Source of the DNA: Trichormus sp. ATA11-4-KO1
Lineage (GTDB): Bacteria > Cyanobacteriota > Cyanobacteriia > Cyanobacteriales > Nostocaceae
DNA length: 64,000 bases
Assembly (NCBI GenBank): GCA_019358915.1
Contig: JAHHIM010000004.1
Span: 1-64,000 of the forward strand
Direction of reading: 5' to 3'
Of this stretch, positions 29,987 through 40,531 are shown in pieces. Made by a program: the position numbers and the translations under genes. Below the pieces are notes generated by a model. That model was given only the letters and a program-made list of their open reading frames with translations, was not told the origin of the DNA and searched no databases. Each line of letters begins with the position of its first letter. Position 1 is the stretch's first letter.

Positions 29987-32900
29987 TTAAATCTCTCCTA
30001 CTTGCTTGTGCAAAATAATTCCTCTAGCTCCGAGCATTTGTGAATATACTTTTCCTTGCTGATCATGGATGATGAAGTCTGCAATCACACTACTTACTGT
30101 TTTTGCTTTTATTTCACAAGAAACGTAAAAAGGTTGATTATGTGGAGTCGGGGCAAACTGTTCATATTTATCTAGTTTGCCGGGTAAACAACCTTCTTGA
30201 TAAAAATGCTGCATCCAAATCCACAATGCATGCATGTTCAAGTCAGTCATGTAAGGATTTACCCATTGAACAGGAAATTGTCCTTGTTCTTTTTCGCTAA
30301 GTTTTTGCCACAAACATTCTGTGGTAATTTTTTCAGGCGTAATATTTAAGACTTGTTTAACTGACTGGAATGAAGCTCCATGAAATAATGAGGTTCCTCC
30401 ATTTTGATAGAAATCTTTGCCTGTGATGGTAATAACATGGTCTGGAGTTAGATTGATTGCTTCATAAATAGGCGCAGGAGGAATTGTTCGCAGCAGATTA
30501 AGTTGAGTACTAAAATGGTAATGAATTTTTCCTGCTGGATTTTTACTCCAAATTTTAGCTTTTATTTCTACTTGCTCCGATTTAGTTTTAGCGACTTCTT
30601 CGATTTCTAAAACATATTCTTTAGCTAAGTTTTCATTAAAGGTAATACCCTTCAAAATCTTGAAATCTGTGTAACTAAATAATCGATAACCTGGATACAT
30701 TTGTTCGCAGGAATTGATGATCCATGTAATGGCACAAGTAGCTGGCAATACTGGTAAACCAGCGATTTTATGATCATATAAAAATGGATTGGCTTCTAGT
30801 GTAATTTGGCGACGGAGGTGATAAGTTCGCAGTTCAGAATCCAATTCTGTAGGTAGTGGAACCAATGGACTACCAATCACAACTTGTGTAGTATGTTTAT
30901 GGGCTGGATGCAGTTCATTGACTAGCATCTGTGCCCCAATTTCCAGGGGAATTGTCTCGATATTGCGTTCAGCAAAAGCTTTTTTTAATTCTGGAGATAC
31001 CATCCCACTATCCCAAGGGCCCCAATTAATTGCTACTACATGACAATGAGGATGATTGAGTTTGAAGAGATGGGCTGATTTGTTGAGAATTTCGTTAGCG
31101 ATCGCATAATCTGACTGTCCCACATTTCCGTAGAAACCAGCCACAGAGGAAAATAGAACTAAACATTGCAGTTGGCTGGGTGGTACACATTGCAGCAGGT
31201 TTTCTAAGCCTTTAACTTTAGCAGCGTAAACCGTTTCAAAATCTTTGACTGATTTTCTCTCAATCCGCTTATCAGCTAGATTCCCCGCTCCGTGAATAAT
31301 GCCTGTAATTGCGCCTAAACGCTCAACTGCACTAGCAACTTGCTCAACCAGCGTCATCGTATCGGTGACATCCACACTCAAGTATTCGGCTTGTCCACCC
31401 GCCTGCTCAATAGCTTGTAAGGTAGCAGCAATTTCCCGCCTAGATGCAATAGCCTGAAACTTTTTCTGCACCATTGCAGGTGTGGGCTTGTCTCCTTTAG
31501 CGACAAAATCCTCCATAATTCGCTTTTTCAATTCCGCTTCACCAACATAGCCTTCAGCCCACACAGGCTCTGGCTCGGCGGCGGAACGACCTAGGAGAAT
31601 AAATTTGCATTGATAACGCTGTGCTAGTTTAATCACACACTCAGCCGTTATCCCTTTTGCACCACCACTAACAAGAAATACTTGGGATTGGGGATGGGGG
31701 ATTGAGGATTGAAAACTAAAAATTTCCCCTAATTCTGGTTCACATACTAACGTTGTGCGTCCTTGTGAACTGTATCCCACTTCCACAACTAATTTATTAG
31801 GGTCGTGAAGTTCAGCGAGGATATGCTGTACCGAGGTTTGAGCATCTAAATCGGGACTGAGGTCAAGCGCTCGACAAAATACGGGTTCCCATTCCTGGTT
31901 TAAAGTTTTAGTGAGTCCGAACAGTCCACTACTAATGGTACCAAAGTTAGTTTTTTGTCCTAATCCGAATTCGCCATCAAGACGAGCCACTGTGAGAAAA
32001 CAACTACGTCCTTGATTAGCTGCTTGATTCAGGGACTCTTTGAGATATTTAGCGAGCAGAAAGACGTGGCGCAAAATAGCTTTTTCGCTTTCTAGAAAGC
32101 AGACACCATGACTTGTCTCTTCGATGCTGGGAGGATTCAGGTGGATAAAGGCGGCGATCGCCCCATATTCAGTCGCGATCGCGGCTAACTGTTGTTGCAA
32201 ATGCTCCTCGCTCAAATCTGCCAACACCACACGATTGATGTCTCCCGGTAAAGGTGACTGTTGACCAATCAAGCTTGGGGGAAAACTCAAAACCACGATT
32301 TTCCAGCCGCACTTAATTAAAGTTTCCGCTAATTTCGTGGTGGTGAGGGTACCATCATCGGTCAGCAAGGCAATATGCTGTGCAGGTAAGGTGAAATCTA
32401 AAATATCGGGTTCAGGAAGAAACTTGAGTCTGATAAGACTGCGGCGAATTAAGGATTGGGGGAGAGGAAAATCCTCCCCCTGCTCTTGTTTGGTTTCAGG
32501 TGGCTGATTTTGTAGAGACGTTACTTGTGGTGTCTCTATGAATAGCATTTTTTTTTCTGCCACTTCCGTTTGCTGTTGAATGTACTCAACTATTTGTCCC
32601 AGGGTACGCTGTTGAGCCAGTTCCTCAGGATTCGGCTGGGGTAAGTTGGGATAGATTTCTAATAATGCTCCCAAAATCTCCACACGTTTAATGGAATCAA
32701 TCCCCAAATCAGCTTCAATATCCATCGACAGCTCTAACATTTCGCTGGGGTAGCCTGTTTTATCACTGACAACGGAGAGCAAAGTTTGACTGAGGTTGCT
32801 CAAATCAATGGAGCGAACTGGAGAAGATGTAGACGCGATCGCGGCTGACTCTGGGGTGGGAGATGTTGAGCTTTCTTCTTCCTGGTCTTCTTCTAATACT

Positions 32901-35900
32901 TCATTTATGATTGCGGGTACTGCTGAGTTTTCTGGAGCCAAAGTCTTGATATACTCAATTATTTGCTCAAGGGTGCGTAGCTGCCCCAGTTCTTCGGGAT
33001 TCGGCTGGGGTAAGTTGGGATAGATTTCTAATAATGCTCCCAAAATCTCCACACGTTTAATGGAATCAATCCCCAAATCAGCTTCAATATCCATCGACAG
33101 CTCTAACATTTCGCTGGGGTAGCCTGTTTTATCACTGACAACAGTGAGCAGGGTTTGACTGAGGTCGTTTAAATCAATGGCTACTGGTGGCGCAGATACT
33201 ATCGTTGCAGTTGCAGAATGATTCTCTTTTGGCGTCATCATCTCAACAACTGGTTTTATTTGATGATTGGCGTCATTACCGTTGCCGTTACCATTTCCGT
33301 TACTATGACCATTAGTGCCATTCAACTCAGATGTAGTAGCGATCGCATCGGTTGTGGCTGCAACAGGCTGATCTGCTGAAGTCAAACTCTCTTGCTCATT
33401 GAACAGTGGTATCAGACTGTTTTGAGCGACATTATCAGAGGTAGGCAGTTGATGCTGCTGGAGTAATTGGAAAAAGTGGTTAGTGTATTCCTGTTGATAG
33501 AGCAAATACTGCTCATGGATGCGGAGGCTGTCAGCTTGATGATCATGAAACCGCATGATGCTACGTTCTGAACTGGAAATTGCCAGTTGCCGGGTTGACG
33601 TTTGTTGCTCAGTGAATTTACCATTTCCCCACAACAAATGCTGTTGTTGCATGAGTTGGAAGAAGGTTTTGGTGTATTCTGTTTGATGCTTTAAAGATTG
33701 TTCATGAACCTGCAAAATATTGCGTTGATGGCGATTGAACTCGATCAGGGTGTACTCTAAGTTATCTATAGCTCTTTGGTAACTCAAAGATGCTTCTGAA
33801 TTGGTTGACATAGACTTGATATCCAGTCCGTCTAGTCCATCTGATTGACCGTTTTTCATACCATTGACTGCTACCCTCTTTGTAGGCAAGCTATCAGGTG
33901 GGAAAAGGTTTGGTGTGGCTAAGTCCTCATTGGCCACTGCGGCTGATTGATTACCGTTGCTAACGGGCAACTTTGCTTGATGCCCATTTTGTAGAGCTTT
34001 TGCAAACGATTGCTGCGTTTTTTCCGAGACATAGTTAGTGCTATTTAAGCGGACATTCAAGACCTGATTTTTCGGAACTGCGGGGATTTTGCTCTCTAGT
34101 TGGTAGGGATCTAGGTTGAGCAAAGGCAAGCCAGCAACACGTAATTGCACAACAGCTTCTCGCAAGGCGCGATCGCTATCCTTGTGCGGATTAGCATTGA
34201 GAGCGAGAGCTATATGCGGGTGATCGCTCAGAATATCTTTAACTAAATTGGTGAGTGTGTTACGCGGCCCAAATTCAATGAAGCAATAACCGCCATTAGC
34301 ATAAATGTTTTCAATCTCCTGCTGAAACAGCACCTGATTCCCTAGATGTTCTTGGAGGATTTTTTGAATAATTTTTGGTTCAGTTGGGTAAGGCTGCCCT
34401 GTAACGTTGGTGTAAACCGGAATTTGTGGCTGGTTGAAAGTAACTTTTTCGATGGCTTTGGCAAAGGGTTTCTGTGCATGAGCCACTAAAGATGTGTGAA
34501 AAGCTGCCGAAACTTTCAGCAATACGGTATGGAATCCTTGAGCTGTCAAAGCCCCTGCCACTTTGGCAATTTCTGCTTTTGCTCCTGCCAGCACTACCTG
34601 CTGAGGGGAATTTAAGTTAGCAATATTCACTAAAGGAAAATTTTGGATCAGTTCTTTAACCTGATTCACATCCCCTTTCACCGCCAGCATCGCTCCGGCA
34701 TCAAACTGGGGGTCTTTTGGTGCAGCCATAGCTTCACCCCTAGCTTTGACCAAGAAGCAATAATCTTTCTCACTCAAAACGCCCGCAGCCCACAGCGCAG
34801 TCAGCTCTCCAAAGCTATGTCCGGCAACAAAATCTGGTTTAAATCCAGCTTGTTGGAGGATTTTGTACAAACCAACGCTAAAAGCCCCAATCGCCGGCTG
34901 TGCATATTCTGTCATCTGCAAAGCTTCTATCTGGGCTGCTTTTTGTTCTGGATTGAACACGGGAGCCGGGAAAACGACCTCTGATAAGGTCTTTAAACCG
35001 TCTTGGAAAAGACTGTCCATCTCAGCATAAGCCTGCCGTAGACAAGGAAAGTTAATGGCCAATTCCCGACCCATTTCCAAGTATTGCGAGCCTTGTCCGG
35101 AAAATAAAGCAACTACTTTCCCTTCTGTGGTGATGCCAGTTTTGCGGTAGTAAATTCCTTGGGGATGTTCCCAAGATTCTTCTTGTGGCTGGTTTCTTAG
35201 CAGGTCAATAGTTTTTTGTAACAAGTCGCCAGCTTGCGTTAGAGAATCAACCACAAACCCCACTCTGGCATCTGTGACCGGCATTTCTAAAGATTTACTA
35301 GCCGCTATCAGTTCTGCATAATGCTGTTCTCTTGCATCGGATTGTAATTGCTGTTGGATTTCTTCACAGCGCGATAACAACTGCTCCGGTGTTGTTGCTG
35401 ATAAAACTACCGCCGGGGAACTATGATGTATGCGATAAGAACTGTCGTGTTCGCTGTTGTATTCTTCCAAAACCACGTGATAGTTGGTGCCACCAAAACC
35501 AAAAGCACTGACTCCCGCACGCCTTGGCTGGTCATCGGTGGTAATCCAAGGTCTGGTTTCCGTATTTAAATAAAACGGGGAATTATCAATGTTGAGTTTA
35601 GGGTTGGGTCGGGTGACATTAATCGTGGGTGGCAATACTTTGTGATGCAGAGCCAAAGCAGTTTTAATTAAACTTGCTGCACCCGCAGCCGCTTTGGTAT
35701 GTCCAATCTGTGATTTAACGCTTCCCAGGGCAATATGTTGTTTTTTAGGGTTATTTTCGCCAAAAACTTCTTTAATAGAGGCAAATTCGGTGGGGTCTCC
35801 CACCATAGTGCCAGTACCATGTGCTTCAACTAAACCGACACTGGTAGGCGACAATCCTGCATCTTCATAAGCACGGCGTAAGGCTCTGATTTGACCTTCT

Positions 35901-37072
35901 GGACGAGGGGCATAAATGCTCTTATAACGACCATCACTAGAAGTGCCAATACCTTTAATAACCGCATAAATACGGTCATGATCGCGCTGGGCATCCTCCA
36001 GGCGTTTTAGCACTAACATCCCTATACCTTCACCCAACATCATGCCATCAGAGTCGGCATCGAAAGGTTTAACATTTTCACCTGGGGAAACAGCAGGGGT
36101 TTTGCTGAAGCCCATATAGGCAAAAATGGAGTTGTCGGTATCAACCCCACCTGTGATCATCATGTCAGCATGACCTGCAATTAGCTCACTAATTGCTACT
36201 TTGAGCGCACCTAATGAACTAGCACAGGCAGCATCTATTACACAGTTTGTACCCCCTAAATCTAGGCGGTTAGCAATTCGTCCGGCAACTACATTAGCTA
36301 GTATTCCCGGAAAGGCGTTCTCATTCCATTGCACATATGCGCTTTTGATTTTCTCAACTATGTTTTGTGTATCTTCATCAGATAAGCCACTGCTTTTGAG
36401 AGCTTTTTCCCAGATGGGATACTGCAATCTAGCACTTAGCGGCATCGCCAATTGCCTACCTATGGCCACACCCAAAACTATGCCAGTGCGTTGGCGAAGC
36501 TGATCATAGATATCGCTATTAAACTTTTGAGATTCGCCATAACCGGCATCTTCTATCGCAGCTTTAGCAACGACTAAACTTAGTAATTGAGATATATCTG
36601 TGACTTCTAATATATTGGGAGGTAGCCCAAATTCCATCGGATTAAAATCGATGTCTGGGATAAATCCACCCCGTTTACAGTAAGTTTTATCAGGCGTTTT
36701 GGGGTCAGGATCGTAATAATCATCTACGTTCCAACGGGAAGGCGGAACATCAGTAATACAATCAACTTTATGAATAATATTTTCCCAATATTCTTGTAAG
36801 TTTTTGGATTGGGGAAATAGAGAAGCCATGCCGATAATAGCAATGTTTATCTTTTGCAGTTGTGTATTTATTTCGTTAGTAGTTAACGGTACCGTTCTCA
36901 CCATAATTTTTTTACCCTGTATAAGCTTAAGCAGAGATTTTTCACAATTGCTTATTTCATCTTGCAACTGTTCTAATTCAGCTTCAATTCTAGAAGCAGC
37001 CATGACTTCATCTTCACTATTGTGCTTGCGAAATGTAGGTATGTAGATAAATTTGTTGACACTATCGATCAA
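29987..37072 (-). CDS. PfaA/HglE-like iterative PKS: KS-AT-ACP-ACP-KR-DH (HglE+F+G-like fusion)
   Basis: DAACASS, HGTGT, GH; AT GHSFG and AFH; two LGIDSIK; KR GGAKGI and YAIAN; DH HKIAGLPVLP. Confidence 0.93.
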   Translation of the reverse strand: MIDSVNKFIYIPTFRKHNSEDEVMAASRIEAELEQLQDEISNCEKSLLKLIQGKKIMVRTVPLTTNEINTQLQKINIAIIGMASLFPQSKNLQEYWENIIHKVDCITDVPPSRWNVDDYYDPDPKTPDKTYCKRGGFIPDIDFNPMEFGLPPNILEVTDISQLLSLVVAKAAIEDAGYGESQKFNSDIYDQLRQRTGIVLGVAIGRQLAMPLSARLQYPIWEKALKSSGLSDEDTQNIVEKIKSAYVQWNENAFPGILANVVAGRIANRLDLGGTNCVIDAACASSLGALKVAISELIAGHADMMITGGVDTDNSIFAYMGFSKTPAVSPGENVKPFDADSDGMMLGEGIGMLVLKRLEDAQRDHDRIYAVIKGIGTSSDGRYKSIYAPRPEGQIRALRRAYEDAGLSPTSVGLVEAHGTGTMVGDPTEFASIKEVFGENNPKKQHIALGSVKSQIGHTKAAAGAASLIKTALALHHKVLPPTINVTRPNPKLNIDNSPFYLNTETRPWITTDDQPRRAGVSAFGFGGTNYHVVLEEYNSEHDSSYRIHHSSPAVVLSATTPEQLLSRCEEIQQQLQSDAREQHYAELIAASKSLEMPVTDARVGFVVDSLTQAGDLLQKTIDLLRNQPQEESWEHPQGIYYRKTGITTEGKVVALFSGQGSQYLEMGRELAINFPCLRQAYAEMDSLFQDGLKTLSEVVFPAPVFNPEQKAAQIEALQMTEYAQPAIGAFSVGLYKILQQAGFKPDFVAGHSFGELTALWAAGVLSEKDYCFLVKARGEAMAAPKDPQFDAGAMLAVKGDVNQVKELIQNFPLVNIANLNSPQQVVLAGAKAEIAKVAGALTAQGFHTVLLKVSAAFHTSLVAHAQKPFAKAIEKVTFNQPQIPVYTNVTGQPYPTEPKIIQKILQEHLGNQVLFQQEIENIYANGGYCFIEFGPRNTLTNLVKDILSDHPHIALALNANPHKDSDRALREAVVQLRVAGLPLLNLDPYQLESKIPAVPKNQVLNVRLNSTNYVSEKTQQSFAKALQNGHQAKLPVSNGNQSAAVANEDLATPNLFPPDSLPTKRVAVNGMKNGQSDGLDGLDIKSMSTNSEASLSYQRAIDNLEYTLIEFNRHQRNILQVHEQSLKHQTEYTKTFFQLMQQQHLLWGNGKFTEQQTSTRQLAISSSERSIMRFHDHQADSLRIHEQYLLYQQEYTNHFFQLLQQHQLPTSDNVAQNSLIPLFNEQESLTSADQPVAATTDAIATTSELNGTNGHSNGNGNGNGNDANHQIKPVVEMMTPKENHSATATIVSAPPVAIDLNDLSQTLLTVVSDKTGYPSEMLELSMDIEADLGIDSIKRVEILGALLEIYPNLPQPNPEELGQLRTLEQIIEYIKTLAPENSAVPAIINEVLEEDQEEESSTSPTPESAAIASTSSPVRSIDLSNLSQTLLSVVSDKTGYPSEMLELSMDIEADLGIDSIKRVEILGALLEIYPNLPQPNPEELAQQRTLGQIVEYIQQQTEVAEKKMLFIETPQVTSLQNQPPETKQEQGEDFPLPQSLIRRSLIRLKFLPEPDILDFTLPAQHIALLTDDGTLTTTKLAETLIKCGWKIVVLSFPPSLIGQQSPLPGDINRVVLADLSEEHLQQQLAAIATEYGAIAAFIHLNPPSIEETSHGVCFLESEKAILRHVFLLAKYLKESLNQAANQGRSCFLTVARLDGEFGLGQKTNFGTISSGLFGLTKTLNQEWEPVFCRALDLSPDLDAQTSVQHILAELHDPNKLVVEVGYSSQGRTTLVCEPELGEIFSFQSSIPHPQSQVFLVSGGAKGITAECVIKLAQRYQCKFILLGRSAAEPEPVWAEGYVGEAELKKRIMEDFVAKGDKPTPAMVQKKFQAIASRREIAATLQAIEQAGGQAEYLSVDVTDTMTLVEQVASAVERLGAITGIIHGAGNLADKRIERKSVKDFETVYAAKVKGLENLLQCVPPSQLQCLVLFSSVAGFYGNVGQSDYAIANEILNKSAHLFKLNHPHCHVVAINWGPWDSGMVSPELKKAFAERNIETIPLEIGAQMLVNELHPAHKHTTQVVIGSPLVPLPTELDSELRTYHLRRQITLEANPFLYDHKIAGLPVLPATCAITWIINSCEQMYPGYRLFSYTDFKILKGITFNENLAKEYVLEIEEVAKTKSEQVEIKAKIWSKNPAGKIHYHFSTQLNLLRTIPPAPIYEAINLTPDHVITITGKDFYQNGGTSLFHGASFQSVKQVLNITPEKITTECLWQKLSEKEQGQFPVQWVNPYMTDLNMHALWIWMQHFYQEGCLPGKLDKYEQFAPTPHNQPFYVSCEIKAKTVSSVIADFIIHDQQGKVYSQMLGARGIILHKQVGEI
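32628..33142. repeat. Identical 146-bp direct repeat encoding the two ACP cores
   Basis: 32628-32773 matches 32997-33142, offset 369 bp. Confidence 0.85.
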
Positions 37073-37234
37073 AAAAATCGAAATTAGCTGTTAGGGAAAA
37101 CATTTATTTTGGCAAATAGATTGTGGATACATTTAAAGTTGCAATGTAAGTTATTTGGCAACCTTATCTTTAATAGTTTGATGTGGAAACCTGTTCCTAA
37201 TGCATATCATCCTATTAATTTGCCAATTGCAGTT

Positions 37235-37275
37235 ATATTAGACTGGTTGATTCTCGATTGCAACTCATATGCAAC
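37235..37275 (-). promoter_or_regulatory. Putative promoter/operator for the PKS arm
   Basis: On the minus strand: GTTGCA-N5-GTTGCA with TTGCAA (-35), 17 nt, TAATAT (-10); 27/30 identical to 38380-38409. Confidence 0.65.
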
Positions 37276-37371
37276 TTATGATCAACTCGATATGAATCAC
37301 TAGAGAAAATGCTGATGGTGTAGGAGTAGTTGAGCATATCATTTGTTGTGGAGTACTTTGATACAAAGTTA

Positions 37372-37647
37372 TCAAGAATTAGTCTCGGAATCATCATCTT
37401 TTTTTCTCGTTTTTGCCTGTTGCTGAGTAGCAGCTAATAGCTTCTGCTCTAGCTCACTAGTACTCATACCAAGTTCAGAAGCTGTTTTATTTTTCCACTC
37501 TTCTAGCTCCATATCATGTTGATTTAGCCATTCATGCACTGCCAGGCGTGCCATCTCTGCTTTGCGAAGAGTCTGGCGAGATGCATGAAAAATTAGCCTC
37601 TTATTATCAAAACTTGGTAATGAGAGCATGAATCGCTGTAATCTCAT
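37372..37647 (-). CDS. Small protein, ribbon-helix-helix-like regulator
   Basis: MRLQRFMLSLP beta-strand pattern followed by helices (KAEMARLAVHEWL); start moved to ATG 37647. Confidence 0.55.
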   Translation of the reverse strand: MRLQRFMLSLPSFDNKRLIFHASRQTLRKAEMARLAVHEWLNQHDMELEEWKNKTASELGMSTSELEQKLLAATQQQAKTRKKDDDSETNS

Positions 37648-38379
37648 TTTCTCTATGCTCTTTAGAGGGCAATAACTATCAGTTCTGCATTTATTCAAAA
37701 TCTGATTTATTAGTATCCCATACTGTAAAGTTTAATTTAATAAAATTGCACAAAAATTGCATATATGCAATTTTCGATGTTTTTATTACAGCTAAAGATT
37801 GCATATTAGTAATAGAGTTTTCAGTGTTTATTCTACTTGTTGTTGTTATATCTTTTTACGTATAAATACTTTGAACTTTGATATATTGAATTATCTAATT
37901 GGCTTTAACATCTGTCCAAGGATTGATTCTATTTGAGGGAATATTTTAAAAGTTAACAATTACTGTAAACAAATCAATAATACTTAAAGCTAAAGTTGTA
38001 GAAATCAGCACTTCGTGAGTGAATTAATATAGCATATGTTAGTAATTTGAGATGTTAACAGCGAGAATTAATAGCATACTTGTTCTTCATTAAAACAAGT
38101 ATTTAGCCTGGTATCGTGACTTTTAAAACATTTATCTAAAATTATTTGTACATCCATCTATCTATTAGTTGATTTATTCAAAAAAATATTGTAATAAATG
38201 AATTATTTATATGAAATGTAAACTTAGTTACTAATAGCTCTGTCTAAAGAGAGAAAAAATAGAGGTAATTAATCATGTATCAAAATGTTCATCAACTAAA
38301 ATATTTAAAAGCAGTCACTTATGAGATTTATTGCCAAAATTAACATGTGCCATATTGCCAATTATTTATTCTTAAATAT

Positions 38380-38420
38380 GTTGCATATGGGTTGCAATTG
38401 AGTATCAACATGTTTATTGT
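38380..38420 (+). promoter_or_regulatory. Putative promoter/operator for the regulator-devBCA arm
   Basis: GTTGCA-N5-GTTGCA with TTGCAA (-35), 17 nt, TATTGT (-10). Confidence 0.65.
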
Positions 38421-38631
38421 ATGTGATGGAAAATGTAATTAACTACTGTTTGTTTACCAACTGGGAGAGATGTAGAGAAACATAAAAATATAAATTGACT
38501 CAATTATCTCATATCTCTCTTCATGGGAAATTCCACAGTATGACAGTGCAATTTAAATTATGATGCATCCGTGTTGCTTGAAGCATTCTACATAAATTTA
38601 GACTGACACGAAACTATAAGGGTTTGCTGGC

Positions 38632-38955
38632 ATGAGACTATCTGCGTTAGATCCACTCATACCGCTAAATGAGTTAAGAGAAGAACTTCTGAAGCTGCCG
38701 AAAGGCTACTCATTTTATGAACAAGAGATCATAGATTTCTTATCCCGACGAAGATGGGGTGAGAGCAATCGCCGCATTGATCGAACAACTTTCTGGCGGT
38801 GGAGGAATGATAACGGAATTGAGCATAAAAAAGTATTCAGCCGATTGGATCTTTTGAAACTTTGCCAAATTTGCGACCATTACAGAATAGATGGAACTCG
38901 TAGTGAATACTTAGCGATGATGAAAAATAAGAAAAAGGTAGCACTGAACAAGTAA
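38632..38955 (+). CDS. Small basic protein, putative HTH (MerR/excisionase-like) DNA-binding protein
   Basis: IDRTTFWRWR...FSRLDLLKL pattern. Confidence 0.6.
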   Translation: MRLSALDPLIPLNELREELLKLPKGYSFYEQEIIDFLSRRRWGESNRRIDRTTFWRWRNDNGIEHKKVFSRLDLLKLCQICDHYRIDGTRSEYLAMMKNKKKVALNK

Positions 38956-39080
38956 GAATACATGTTGCAAAATAGTTCTACTGAAAGCCAATACTGCTAA
39001 TGAGTTGATGGATACTTATTGATAGTTTCATCCTCAACATCCACCAGTGGTGCAGATGCCAAGGCAGTCTGTAGAGTTTT

Positions 39081-39110
39081 TTACGGCAACCTCACAAGGG
39101 TTGCCGTAGA
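39081..39110 (+). terminator. Stem-loop between the HTH gene and devB
   Basis: tacggcaacc-tcacaag-ggttgccgta. Confidence 0.5.
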
Positions 39111-39147
39111 TACTCACACAGTACAGTAGACATCACAAACTTCGGGA

Positions 39148-40377
39148 ATGACCAAAAAAGTGTTGAGTAATAAAAAGAGTATGGTACCCAAACAAAGGCA
39201 GTCATTCACAAAACCTGTAAATCCAGGGTCAATAATTTTGGCAATTAGTATAGCTGTAGCCACTGGTACAGTTTCTTTTTACAGCTTTTTACGATTTCGT
39301 TCAACTTCTAATTTGGAGCCTCCAACTGCTACACCAAGCAGTTCTCCTGCGATTAATGCTGTTGCGGCTTTAGGACGTTTAGAGCCTCAAGGCGAAGTTA
39401 TTCGTTTGTCTGCGGCCAATTCCCAAACGGGCGTTCGGGTGGCAAAACTTTTGGTTAACAAAGGCGACTGGGTATCTCAAGGACAAGTGGTGGCAATTCT
39501 TGACAATTACTATACTCGGCTTGCAGCCTTAGAAAAAGCTCAAAAACAAGTTTTAGTGGCTCAAGCTAATCTCAATCAGGTAAAAGCGGGAGCAAAAGCC
39601 GGAGATATTTCGGCACAACAAGCGACAATTGCTCGTTTAGAAGCTGAGTTACGGGGAGAAATTTCCGCACAACAAGCGACAATTGCTCGTTTAGAAGCTG
39701 AGTTGCAAAATGCTAACAGCGAAAATCGTCGATATCAACAGTTGTACAGAGAAGGTGCTATTTCAGCTTCTGAGTCAGAAGCTAGGCTTTTGCGAGTTGA
39801 TACTGTGCGACAGCAGCTCAATGAAGCCAAAGCTGCTCTTAATCGTACAGTAGAAACTCTGCAAAAGCAGTTAAACGAGGCTGAAGCTAGACTCAATAGT
39901 ATTGCTGAGGTTCGGCCTACCGATATACAAGCAGCACAAACTGACATTGAAAGTGCGATCGCCTCAGTCAAACAAGCTCAGGCTGACTGGGATTTGAGTT
40001 CTGTGCGATCGCCTATAGATGGTCAAGTACTCAAAATTAATACTCGTCCAGGAGAACTTATTGGCAATACAGGAATAGCTGACTTAGGACGCACACAACA
40101 AATGTACGTAGTTGCAGAAGTTTATGAAACTGATATTCAAAATGTGCGTCTGGGTCAGTCAGCGATTATTACTAGCAATGCTTTTTCTGGAGAATTACGC
40201 GGAAAAGTTACAGATATTGGTTTGCAGGTTAATAGACAAAATATCTTTGATAATAATCCACAAGCCAATACAGATAACAAAGTAGTTGATGTCAAAATCC
40301 GTATCGATCAACCAGCAGATAACCCACAAATTACCACTCTGACTGATTTACAGGTGCAGGTACTCATTAATATATAA
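39148..40377 (+). CDS. devB: DevB-family membrane fusion protein
   Basis: ALGRLEPQGE, coiled coil, SPIDGQVL, AEVYETDI; a paralog rather than necessarily the devB ortholog. Confidence 0.9.
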   Translation: MTKKVLSNKKSMVPKQRQSFTKPVNPGSIILAISIAVATGTVSFYSFLRFRSTSNLEPPTATPSSSPAINAVAALGRLEPQGEVIRLSAANSQTGVRVAKLLVNKGDWVSQGQVVAILDNYYTRLAALEKAQKQVLVAQANLNQVKAGAKAGDISAQQATIARLEAELRGEISAQQATIARLEAELQNANSENRRYQQLYREGAISASESEARLLRVDTVRQQLNEAKAALNRTVETLQKQLNEAEARLNSIAEVRPTDIQAAQTDIESAIASVKQAQADWDLSSVRSPIDGQVLKINTRPGELIGNTGIADLGRTQQMYVVAEVYETDIQNVRLGQSAIITSNAFSGELRGKVTDIGLQVNRQNIFDNNPQANTDNKVVDVKIRIDQPADNPQITTLTDLQVQVLINI

Positions 40378-40531
40378 ACTCTCAAAGAGCTAGTTGAAAT
40401 TTAAACGCAAAGATACGCAAAGAATTCGGTACGAATTAATGAAATGTGTACTTAGCATTTTTTCAAGTTTATTTACGCCACTTCTTAGCTGTTACTTATC
40501 ACCTGTCACCTATTCCCTATGAGGTTACTAA

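Noticed and set aside
24896..37072. Calling this the canonical heterocyst glycolipid island
   Set aside because: hglD, hglB/hetM, hetN, hetI and hglT are absent from the window, and extra acyltransferase, ACP and docking-domain genes are present.
37700..38370. AT-rich stretch as a possible ncRNA or origin
   Set aside because: I could not identify a structured RNA or DnaA-box array; it is treated as regulatory DNA.
39601..39704. 54-bp tandem duplication in devB
   Set aside because: Coiled-coil repeats of this kind are ordinary in DevB-family proteins.
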